From: Balanoglossus misakiensis
Taxonomy: Eukaryota > Animalia > Hemichordata
NCBI GenBank assembly: GCA_040954595.2
Contig: CM082596.2
Coordinates: 2,536,999 to 2,600,998 of the forward strand
Direction: 5' to 3'
DNA length: 64,000 nucleotides
Shown here in pieces: positions 14,501-25,951 of this stretch; position 1 is the stretch's first letter; each line of letters opens with the position of its first letter. The position numbers and the translations under genes are program-made. The notes beneath the pieces were generated by a model that had not been told where the DNA came from, ran no database searches, and was given only the letters and a program-made list of their open reading frames with translations.

Positions 14501-17205
14501 CCTCATCGAACCGAAGGCTTCCTTGACCCCGACCCCTGATCGTGACGCTGCCGTGAAAAGCCCATCATCACCATCGCTCCAAATCACAGATGATATTGAA
14601 AAGCATCCAACACTGACCGGCTTAGCAACGGAAGATGCGACCAAACGCGTGACCCCGTCTGACGGGATGACCGTGGGGTCAACAGCTCACAAATCATCCA
14701 GTATCGCAGACACGGTGAGAAGTCCGACAATAACACACACAGCACCGACCCCAACAGCCAGGGAACCCGCATCTCAAGCCAATAGGACGTTCACAGCCAA
14801 TGCAACAGTCACTGACCACGTGGAAGTTACGCAAAAGCAAGAAGTTGCCAGGCCAATCGGTCATTCGCTTACGTCACCACAACCCAGTAACTTCTCCGGG
14901 CCAATGAACAGCACAGTGACATCAGATTGGCCAAAACATCCACACAACACATCTTTGCAACCACAACCACTTTCACAAAGGCCGAGTGGTAACCGCACGG
15001 GTTTGCCGCAACCAAAAACACTACCACTAAATTTGATCGTATCAAATAAAACTACAGATGCACTGAACACGATAACGCCGACAGTAAACGCGAGCGAACA
15101 GGCCAAAACAGCGTCCAATACCACGAACGCCAGAAAAATATCCCTGACACACATGATGAAAACGATTGCTAGCAGTAAACCAACTTCAGGGTCAGGTTCA
15201 GACTCTGTCGAAAAGGTCGACGAACCGACCGTAGCAACCACTGAGGACACGCTCGACTTTGACCGAGGCCAGGGTCACCACGTGGCCTGTCCTCCGAAAG
15301 CGGCGGCAGAATACTGCGTCAACGGAGGCACCTGTCTACGCATACCACACGTGGGAGTGCTGGCTTGTGAGTAAGTATTACATAATGTTCATTTTAGTTA
15401 CCATTTTCCATATATAAGTATGTGCTTACCTCTTTGCATTCTTGCACCGAGGCCTGTTAAAGTATACAGTCTGTAGCGATAGCGAGCACGTACAAGGCTC
15501 AAAAATAGTCTCAATCGTTCCGAGTAGGCAGCTACACTAAAGCCATGATTAAAGATATGATAGCACTTTTAAAAACTATTTTCGAAATCTGTATGCTACT
15601 GCGGGACATGAATATTGAGATGCCGTATCATGTTTTTCACATGCTATGTACGATGATACAATATCGAAATCGCTCGTGCGTGCTGAGTGGGCTAATGAAT
15701 TGATATTTGATCCAAGACTGTACATAAGTGACAAAAACAACTGCTTGGGTGTTTTAGTGGAATTTACAAGTATGGGGTGGTCAAGCTCGGGACCAGAGAA
15801 CTTATCCTACAGATCTCTCTATCTCACCTCTTCCCAGGTGCGCCCCGGGATACCAAGGTATCCGTTGCAAGGATTGGCTACCGGACAAGTATCGTATCGA
15901 TCTCACGTCAGACGAGATAATCGATACTGCTTTGGGATTCGCTGTCGCCGTGACGTCGCTGGTTCCCATTGGCGGTGTGACTACGTACGCGTATTACAGT
16001 TCGTAAGTATATGATTTTTTTCTGCGTCTTGCAGGGGAAAACTAATTTTAGTCCGACTTGAAATACTAGTGATGGTGGTTAGCCAGTGTTCACATTCTGG
16101 TGTCGTAATTCAAGAAGAGACCCGTTGATAGGAATTTTAATAATATTCCTGGCTTGCGGCGGCTTTTGTTAATAATCACCGGGATATGAAACACGATATA
16201 ATTGAGAGAGAGAGAGAGAGGGGGGGGGGGAGAGAGATTTGTAAGGTTACAGTGTGAAGACAGGGGCCGTGATCTTAGGCCTTGAGGAGTTATATGAAGT
16301 TGAACTTAGGCGACTCCCGCGTAGTAAATGATAAATGGAACTGAACTAGGATATACGACAGATTTAAACATTTTGAGAAAACGCTATTAACGTGAGCGAT
16401 CAACGTGTGTTTCATATCATCGTCGGATTTGTTCGAATACCACGCAACAAGTATGTGTATCGGCCATCTCCCCGAGCAAATTTTAATCAGAGTTTAAAAT
16501 TTGTGTCATTCCACTCGTATCGGCTGTACACTCTACTGACAGATCGAAGCAAGACAACCTCTCTCAGCTATGCTATTTTCATTTGCTCCGTGTCAGAAGG
16601 TTGACAAGGACTAGCAGATAATTTTCTCAGTGTTGTGTTACAACGTGTTTGATGCAATTTAGTTCATTGGATCCGACAGCGCTGCGTGTACACTTTTCTT
16701 ATTTCCAGAATCGACGTCTTAATTGAAACGTATATTGCTTGCACTCGTTTGTAGAAATGCCGACCTTCTTAAGATATGTGTGCTACTGTAATAGTCGCCG
16801 AGAAAAAAAAATCTCGCAAAACTGCTGTCTGTTTGTTCGCGTCTTTTTTACAAGAGGGACTATGGTTCATGCACGTTGTGGTGACGTTTCGAGCCCACAC
16901 CAATTCCACGTCATTGGTCCGACAAACACGCATCAAATGGCATGACAATGCTCTTCGGGAAAAAAATCACAGTTCTGTTTACTGTACCCTGACATTCGCG
17001 GGGAATGTTTACATCTATCCCGTCGCCTTAAATGACCTATGACGATGCCTATCTAAAAGTTTGTTGTTGGCTGTTGATGAATGTGCAGTGGTTGACACGT
17101 CTTTTTTCCCCATTTGACTTTTTCAGGAACAATGTTCCCGCAAGTGACGAAATATCAGATCAGGTGAACGCTTTTAACAAGTATGATCAAGATTTCGACG
17201 AGTAA
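11583..17205 (+). CDS. Type I membrane protein (~1343 aa): signal peptide, acidic N-terminal region, ~1100-aa S/T/P mucin-like stalk, single EGF domain, TM, short acidic tail; putative EGFR/ErbB ligand precursor
   Basis: Exons 11583-15370 (GA|gtaagt), 15838-16002 (cag|G...TC|gtaagt) and 17127-17205 (tttcag|, TAA) total 4032 nt in frame. EGF: CPPKAAAEYCVNGGTCLRIPHVGVLACE|CAPGYQGIRC. TM: ALGFAVAVTSLVPIGGVTTYAYY. The last exon is less certain than the first two. Confidence 0.85.
16204..16237. repeat. (GA)n / poly-G microsatellite
   Basis: gagagagagagagagag followed by a G run and agagaga, in the second coding intron of the EGF gene. Confidence 0.9.
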
Positions 17206-18333
17206 ATTAAATAAATGCATTAAATATTTGACCACGTAATGTCAAATTCTCAGAGATGCGTTAAAAGCGTGTTTGTGTGCACTTACCTTGAATTCTTGTC
17301 GGCGTCACTCCGCGACTGTGTTGTGCTGGCTGAGATGGATATCAGAATGAGAGATTTGCACTTCAACCAATTTAGGATTCGACGACCTTTGAACTCAAGG
17401 ACAGCTTCGCCGTCAGCTTTAATAAATCTCGTCACCGGCACTGCGATTTTTAAGTGGATATCGAAACCTCCACCAATCGACGCGGTGATTTGCTTTGCGA
17501 CACTGCGTTTGCAAATCTCCAATATCGAGTCCTCAAGGCTCTGGGAAGATTGAGACAGGGTTGTACCGAAGTCACAATCCATCAAGAGGGTTTGCCGAGG
17601 CGAAGATGCCTTGGGGATTAAAATGTCCCCCTTTCGTGCGACAGTTGGCAAATGTTAATCACAAGCACAAGTGATACGAGACAAAAATATATCACATACT
17701 GCGCACTGCATACCCGCACAGTAGCGCTGTTTACTCGAATGACACAATAACCATTTCAGGTATTTTAATTTTTCCGAACTTGCCTGTGCTATATTTTAGT
17801 TTTTTATAACTTTGATACAGCTGGATAGTTGATGTATTAGTTTGATTTTTTTTATTTCTGTCGCGTTCCGAACCCAGCGTGCGGTAAAGCTATTTGTAAC
17901 ACTGTTGAGAGGCTGGGTTATGTTTCACAGGTTCGCAAGCCAACAGACTATTTTCATTCGCAGCTGTAGATAGTGGACAGTTTTGGTCTTATTGAATGTA
18001 TTTTTGCTATTTATACTTATTGATAAGGTATATTTTACACATCTACTCTTATATAAGTTTGTATAACTCCAGAATATAAGCCTTATTATGATACAAGCCG
18101 ATGTCGTGTGTACCATAGAGGGCGCTTTGTAATTTTTCCTTCACAATAAGTTATCACCATAGTTACAACATATGGCTCATGTAAGCATAGTTGTAATCTC
18201 TTTTGATTGGGGGAAAACTGCACAATGAATTACTCTGTAGACAAATTCAATTTTTAACCCATCTGATTATGGAAGTTTATTACAAATTTCCCACATTACA
18301 TCACCAATTATCATTTATAAAGTTTTGCATCCA

Positions 18334-21300
18334 TTAGATTTCTGCAATAATGTAAGCATCAGCCAAACTGCCTTTCCTCATGTCGTGGAGTTGATCACCT
18401 CGTGGAGGCAAGGCCAGTAGGGCGTTGGCTGTCTTCAGACTTAAGAGACGACTGCTTCTCTGGCTTCCGGTACTGGTGGCACTGGGTACCGGATCATCCG
18501 GGGACCACTCCAGAACCACCCGGTGGAATTCCGGCCTGTAGTCTAATCTCACGTCGGATGATATCTGGGAATGAGAATTCAGAGTTTGTTTAAATCTAAA
18601 ACTGAAAAGTGTCAATCATAGTGGAGGGGGTTGGTATGAGTTCTCTTTAGCTGTATGTAAACTTGAATTTGTGTGATTATCATACACAGAGAAAATTCTT
18701 TTCGCACCTTGGCCTTGACCTTGGTGAGCTGAGGTTTTGGATGACCCATCATTTTCCTCAGGGAGGGTACGACAAACAGATTGCAGCATACAACACCAGA
18801 CACAGGATTGCCTGCAAAAATAAACAGTAGAATTAGAAAAATATATATGATTGAAAGCCAATATAAAAACAAGAGCATGGTTGACAGCAAAACTGCAGTC
18901 TTAAAATATTTTCATATTTCTGACTGATATGATGATTTTACTTACCTGGAAGGGCAAAGAACAGTTTCTTTTGTCCATTATATTCCAGAGTAGCAAATGT
19001 GGTGGGTTTCCTACAAGACACAAGAAAATGCAAATCACAGATTTATACATTTCTGACAATAATGTCAGAGGGAAACTAATTCGGCGATTTGCCAAAAATC
19101 AACTCACCCTGGCTTGAGAAAGACTCTCCCAAATGCAACAGTGGCACCCAACTTGACTTGCAGAACATGTTTGAGGTAGTCCTTCTCACCCATGGACACA
19201 CCACCAGTTGTGATGACCACATCAGCTTTCTCCAGGGCTCCCTTCATGGTCTCTTCCAGTGATTCTACACTGTAAGGGATAGATTCATTTACAGTGAAAC
19301 TAATCAATCAATCAATCGATCAATCTATCAGTAGTTAATTCTCCTATCAAACACCCTCTCTAAGAACTCAGCAGACACATTGTGTGGGTTCTCACCTGTC
19401 TTTGGCAATGCCTGCATCCACTGTGGTGTACCTGTGTTGTTTCATGAGTGCCAACAGAGTTGTTCGGTTGCTGTCATAAATGTGGCCCTCCTTCAAAGTT
19501 TCTTCTGGCTCGGCCAACTGTAATATAACAAGGAAATCTATTATTGGTATTGACCTCTGCATTGGTGCATGATCTTGGACCCTGTAAAATCTGGCAGATA
19601 TAGGGGCTTTAAACTTTCACACTTGCCTCATTTCCTGTTGACATGACAGCCACGATTGGCTTGGAATGAACCTTGACCTTTGTGACACCAACCGAAGCCA
19701 ATAACCCGAGTTCTGAGGGTCCAAGCTTGTTTCCCTGTCTGAGAATGGTTTCTCCCTGCTTGATGTCCACTCCAGTAGGTCTAGAAGTTCAAGCAAATTT
19801 TTAATGACAAGAAAACTCTTTATTGTCTTAAACTAATACCATGACATAGCTGAATATTCACCAAGGAATCATATGCCTTCTTACCTGATATCCTGACCAA
19901 CTTTTGGTTCTTTCAAAATGCGAACTTCCAGTTCAGTGCATCCCTACATGAAGGTCAGAAAGATGACATCACGGTGAAATAAGAGTACATCAAGAAATCT
20001 GATAGGTTCCTTGTCTTTGTCTGTAACCAGAGCAGTGTGTCAGTAAACAGGCGCTGTTTTACTCTGAAGTATACCTGCTCTCATACTCACATCATCTGCA
20101 TCCTTGATCAGTTGAGTGTCTTCAACCTGCACGATGGCATCAGCCCCAGGGGGCAAGGGAGCCCCAGTTGTGATTCTCATAATCTGACCTGATGTAATCT
20201 TTCTGGTTGGCATATCCCCAGCAGTGCTGTCACTAACAACTTGTCGCACACCTGCACCATCAGAAGCTAAGCCAATGAGAAATTCCAGTTAGAAGCTAAT
20301 CCAAAGAGATGACAATTAACTAACATTAACTAACAGGCATGAATGACTACTTAGGTAAATATACTTGATCAAGAACAGTTTTGCTATTGAGTGTACAACC
20401 AGGTGAGGTGCCCCATGCACTGACCAATCACGGGCGTAATTCTGAAATACTAACCAATCACAGCATAGCCATCTTTGACAGAGGCTGGAAATGGTGGCAC
20501 AGACACTTCAGCAAGCACATCACTGGCCAAGATATAACCCAGAGCACCTGTCAAAAAAAATCATTTCAAAATACATTATACAGTCAAGCCTTTCAACATG
20601 ATGGGCTGTGTGAAGTTTGTCCTGTGCCACATGAGAATGTCCTCTCATATTAAGGGCATAGCCACCCATGATCTCACAGGGTCTCATGCAGTATAGTAAA
20701 TGGTCTATTCTCAGTGTTCAAAATAATGGTGTGTTTCCTCCTCTTACCCTTGGTATCCCTAGTTTCTGCTCCCAGTACTGGTGTGTTCTCCATCACTCTC
20801 TGCAAAGCCTCTTCAAACGTGATCAGTGGATATGGCGAATGTCTTGGACGTCTTGCCACCTTTTCGACATCGTGGCTGTGATGGCCTGTAAAACAATGTA
20901 TTTGTTTCAGTTCTAGAGTTGATCTGAATGACTTCAGTGGATCAGTTGAAGACTGATTAACTTCTTGAAGAACATTCTCCTCTGTACATGTGAAATGAAT
21001 GCATCATAAACTGATTATTTTTACACACCACCTGCATATTCTTGCTGTTCAGGGTCACCGTGATGATGGTGATCATCTCTGCCTCGACCTCTGCGATGCC
21101 GGGGACTGTCTCTGTCTTCATTATGACCTCGTTGGTTTCTATGGCGTTCACTCTTCACTCTATGATGATGGTGGTCATCTTTTCCATCATGACCTCTGGG
21201 GTCGTCACCATGGGAATGGCGGCGACGCTGATGATGATGGCGATGGTCCTACAATAGACCAGTGATCTTTATTGTAAACTAGCTATGCCAACTTTAAAGC

Positions 21301-24300
21301 ATTTTCACTTGATTTTCAAAACAGATTAGAACCATGTTGATCATTTCAGTTGATAACGTGTTGAGTAGACATGCATGAGCACACTGTCATTTTTTCCAAC
21401 CCAAATATTCAGCAATATTGTACTGCTGACCTCACACTCATTCAATGATCAAACACAGAGTTTATAATGGCTAGACATATTTTGGTTTATTTCTATCAAC
21501 AGTACAGTATGTTTCACAAAATATGGATGCTTTGTGTGTCCCATTGTTGATACAAATTTAAGAGATACCAACATGGCAGTAGGTGTATCTCATCTACTCA
21601 AAATAATGTACTCTTTTTTCCTTCATTATGTTTTCTTTTTTGACATAAACAGGAAATTCAAATGATACAATGAACTATATTATATAATGTCTGGAGGTAA
21701 AAAGGAGTAAAGGTAAAATCTAGGGTATAAATCCAGGTACTCAGTTTGTGCATATCTATGCATGCTTATTGTAAAATCTAAAAATATTTTTCTTAAAAAG
21801 AAGCTGCTTTTTGAAAACACATTACAAATAAGTTATAGGTTTCAGCTTTAAGATATCCAACAAGTCAGAATTGGATATCACATAATCTGGTCAATAAAGA
21901 TGTTGCCGTTTGCATTTCAGTTCAAGCCTCATCATCTGCCTCTGAAGACGAACTTGACCCCACGGGACATTCAATGCTCTCCAGGGCTTGCATCGCTGTT
22001 CTTGGTCTTGACCTTTTTCTCCTTTGACTCTCACCTCTTCTACCGCGCCCGCCTTTATCTGTTGCCGTAGTGACACTGGAATTATCGCCCTCTGTCTTCA
22101 TGGCTTTGGGTACCACCTTCTGCGGTTGTTTAACTTTCCTGTGTTTGGGCTTCTTGGTTGCTTTTGATCCTTTCTTGGCCGGTGAGCTGGCGTTTCCGGC
22201 ATTGGACGAATTGCTCTCGTGGGGGCTACCTCCTGCCCCAGTCTGGCTATCTTGCTTCTGGGTCTGACCTTGTGCGTCCTTCACGCTGTAGCTAACGTCC
22301 CTTCTCCTCTTCCTCATCCCGGAGATGAAGAAAGAGACCCTCTGCTTGGAGATGGATTTCACCTTCTCCACGGATGCCGGGTGCGACTTCAACATTCCGT
22401 AAATGTCCTTGGGAGACTGGCGGTCACAGCGCGACATAATCACGTCTCTCACATCCTGGTCAAGACGCAGACTTTCCTTGGGAGGAGGGTTCCATTGGAC
22501 TGGGCTGTCTTCAGGAATGTGACTGCCTGTAATCTTGACTCTCCAGTGGTCTAGGTCACTCAAGAAAATCTTTAGTGCAATTAGAAGTGAACAGTTGTGT
22601 CGATCTTGTTTGTGGGCAACTCCTTTACAACCTAAAAGAAATACAAAATACAGTAAATATCATGTACAGTTATTCACAAACAAAAAAGATAATATCACAT
22701 AAATTATTTCATTGTTGTTGTGTTTTCAAGTCAAATTTCAGTATTTTCAGTGCAAGGGTGGAATGTACCATATTTACTGACCTGGCATACACTTTCCATA
22801 GCCCCCACAACCTCTCTTACAGTTGCCATGTCCGGGACACCACAGATACCATGCCACGACATACTGATCACGTTGCTCATTGCTCTGTATTTTGCGAACA
22901 CGCTTCAGTCCTTCCTCTGTGGCTACAAATCGGTCGTCTACGCGGTTGCGTTCGTGAACATGCTGCCCTCGCTGCCAGCTCCCTTTGTCGATGGCACCGT
23001 CGTCTCTCCTCATCGTCACGAGGTTTCGCTTGACATCGCGTTTTCCGCGGTTGAGCGTCATGTCCTTGAAGAGGTCGTGAGTCTTGAGGAAATTTTTGAG
23101 TGGCTGTCCCACTGGTACCTCCGTGTAGTCCTTGCACGACTTCCATGAAATTCTCTCGCTTTTGCCGGATGACACTGTGCTTTCTTTCTTCTTCTGTTTC
23201 TTGCTGCGTTTTCTGTCTGTTTCAACGTCAGGTTCGTCAAATTCAAACACATCCACGGCGCTTGCTGTCTGCTGATTGGCCACCCCTTGTTGAGTCGCAT
23301 CATGCGTGTCCTCTCTATCTTCGTTCTCCACACTTGTGTTCGGATTGTCGTCACTTCTTGTGTTAGGGAAGTCGGGATCTTCCGTAATGGACACTCGGAT
23401 CACATCTTCCTCCGGCACAATCCAGTAATGCTTTCCTGTTAAATTTTCAACTTGTTGGATGCCTGCGCCGTCGAAACTCTTCGTATTGGGAATTCTTTCT
23501 GATTGTTCAGAGGACGGGCCCAAACAGGGATTTGACGTTTCTGAATGCTGTGGTGAAAACTCATCACCGTTTGCGGGGTGAATTTGAACCGGGTAGGCTG
23601 ACTTTATAGGCAGCGGTGTAGCAGATTCACTCTGTCTTGAAGGACAAACATGTCTTGAAACGACTGGCTGATTAAGAATGGTTATGTCTGCTTCGCGACT
23701 GTCACAGAATTCTGTCACCTCATCTGCTGTGTTTCTTGTATCTGATTCTGTGTCTTCGTCAGCTGGGGGATTATCTGTGGTCTGATCGACAATGGGTGAC
23801 AGTCAGCGTATTCAAGCAGTGAATGAACATCTTGAATGATGCATCAGGGGAGTGTAAGATATTGTAGAGTTTAGTTACCTGTTGGACTTCAACGTGAGTT
23901 GTTTCCACCTTCTTCTTATTGTCACGTAACAGATGAATTGCGTGGGGCAAGGCTGGTAAGATGATCTCAAAACATTCCTGTAGTGACAGTGAGAAACATT
24001 TATGAAGTATGTGTATCAATATTAAGGACACATCAACTTTCCCTAATATTTTGGTATAAAGTGGAATTCCAAATGCCCCTTGAGTCTCTATTCGTGTACA
24101 CGTTATTTGATGACACACACATACCTGTGATCCTTTTGCACTTCCGGGCAGATTGACGATGAGAGTCTTCCCACGAATCCCACACACTGGTCTGTGGAGA
24201 TAAACAACAGAAAATACATTGATTTCTATGGTAAAGATGGATTCAAAACCGGCCCATTGCATTCATATACACGTTTATTGAACACAGACAAAACATAGAG

Positions 24301-25802
24301 TAGCGCCTGTTTACCTTGACAACATTGCCATCTGTGTGATTCTCAATGATCCTATGAGCATAGCCGTTGCCATACCTGGGCATTCTTTCTCTATCACTGC
24401 CTTGGTTGCCTAAAAGATAACAGATCCCATGATATAGATTTAACTACTGATGTTCACTTGAAAATTTCTGATTGCATGTTCTGGGACATGTACAGATAAT
24501 AATAAAACATGTCCTTGAGTGCCTAAAAGTTACCACCAGAAGAAACAGGTTCGGTGAGATAGTAAATGTGATGAACTGTCCTCACCTCAGGAGTAACATC
24601 TCTGGGAGCAAAGCCAGTTCCACCAATTGTGAGTATCAGATCAGTCTGCAGATTGTCACTCCAGTCGATCAATGTCTCCTTGATTTTTGTGGTGTCATCA
24701 GGAACAATGGCTTGAACTGCAACTACTGCATTGAGGCTGGAAATCAACAAAAAGTAGCGATTATGGAAATTAACTAGGGAATTATAAATTAAAACTCAGC
24801 TTGCCTAATGTATTGTATTTACAAAAAATATAGTAACTCTTTCTCCACCATGATTTGGTCCAACTCCATTGTTCTCGATGGGGTGAAAAAAGGAAACTAC
24901 TTTACCTCTTCTCATGTTTCACCAACTTGCACAGATTGGATCCACTTTTGTCTTCAGCTTGACCCAAAGAGCACCTGTCGCTGGCTGTTGCCAGGCAACA
25001 AAGATAGAGATGCAAAGCTCAGTTGATTCAGTTATGAAGAACTGCATGCACCTATTTTATTTGTGTACATCCATACAATCTCCTGCTCAGTTGATGATGA
25101 TAGCCACAGCACATCCATATCGTGCTACAAACAACATCATCAACCGAGCAGAGATATTATCTTAAAATTATGGACTTATATTTCTATCGCCTCCCCCCCC
25201 CCCCAAAAAAGTTTTTTTTTCCTCCTCATGATCACACAAAAAATTGTGTCAAGAACTTGTAGACGAAAGTTACAAAAAACATCAAAAAGTTTTATATTTC
25301 AACCACACCTTTGTCACATTCCTTACATGTCAAAACAAACACATTGTATATATTAATAAATAACAATAAAATATGCAAATGACGAGCACTGTAAACTAAT
25401 GGTGCCAAATACAGTTTTAACAATAAACAAAATAGTTGTCACTAGGTATGTAGTATGTATGCCAATCGGGGCCTTACACCACTGTTAACAAATCGATGAT
25501 GCATACATGACTAGTATTTACAGTTTGCTCAGCTCGATCGCGAATGAACACGTGAAATAGACACGGGCGGAGTTAGGCGAAGCCATCATCGTCGCGTTGT
25601 TATGCTGTAACATACAGTTAGGCATTAGCTGTGTAATTAACATGTCGCCAAGAGTTCAAATAATCGGGGTGAAACAGATGTATGACCGTAAGATAACGCA
25701 ATCGCATTCGGGATTATAATATTGACTGGACGGCGGGTCAACCTTACCGGTTAATATGCCAATTCTCATTCGATCGTCGTCTACGCTCTGATCGTGCGCC
25801 AT
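18334..25802 (-). CDS. GPHN: Gephyrin (molybdenum cofactor biosynthesis; MogA-like G domain plus MoeA-like E domain), 17 exons, 688 aa
   Basis: Exons (high-low): 25802-25748, 24984-24906, 24736-24586, 24409-24315, 24191-24125, 23977-23879, 21248-21032, 20885-20748, 20547-20455, 20266-20091, 19943-19885, 19780-19627, 19517-19396, 19269-19108, 19010-18946, 18811-18708, 18564-18334 (2067 nt, in frame). Motifs: [97 protein letters not shown] at 18281-18276. Confidence 0.96.
19302..19330. repeat. (ATCA)n tetranucleotide microsatellite, imperfect
   Basis: aatcaatcaatcaatcgatcaatctatca in a gephyrin intron. Confidence 0.7.
21922..23781 (-). CDS. Two alternative terminal exons inside gephyrin intron 6 encoding 569 aa: acidic linker, Cys/His-rich putative zinc-binding domain, basic tail
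   Basis: Exon A 23781-22782 (ctgac branch point, atcag| acceptor in phase 0, CCA G|gtcagt donor) and exon B 22631-21922 (tttcttttag| acceptor in phase 1, TGA) join ORFs 22774-23718 and 21922-22563 into one frame. AATAAA at 21491-21486. Confidence 0.8.
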
Positions 25803-25951
25803 ATTGTTTTCTGGCCCTGGTCAGTTGCAGGAGCGCCCTCATTGTCAGACCCGGCTAGCTGACATTGATATGTACATTGATATGTACATGTGAGTTTGAT
25901 CAGGTCATTCGTTTATTTCTGAGACGAGTGAGAGTCCCAGGGCTTGTAAGT
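25803..25951. promoter_or_regulatory. Candidate bidirectional promoter, gephyrin / ZIP transporter
   Basis: Gephyrin ATG at 25802 (minus). A plus-strand donor gtaagt at 25946 can pair with the acceptor tttcag| at 26920 ahead of the ZIP ATG. Contains a 12-bp tandem duplication (acattgatatgt)x2 at 25862-25885. Confidence 0.55.

Noticed and set aside
11553-15250. Many minus-strand ORFs (up to 199 aa) over the mucin exon
   Set aside because: Antisense shadows of a low-complexity S/T-rich coding exon; no recognisable motifs.
20957-21265. Met-rich and His/Asp-rich short ORFs in the track
   Set aside because: Alternative-frame and antisense readings of the His-rich gephyrin exon 7.
22774-23718. 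ORF as an independent nested gene or intact transposon
   Set aside because: Starts at GTG with no early ATG; no TIRs, TSD or DDE domain seen. Better explained as gephyrin alternative exons.
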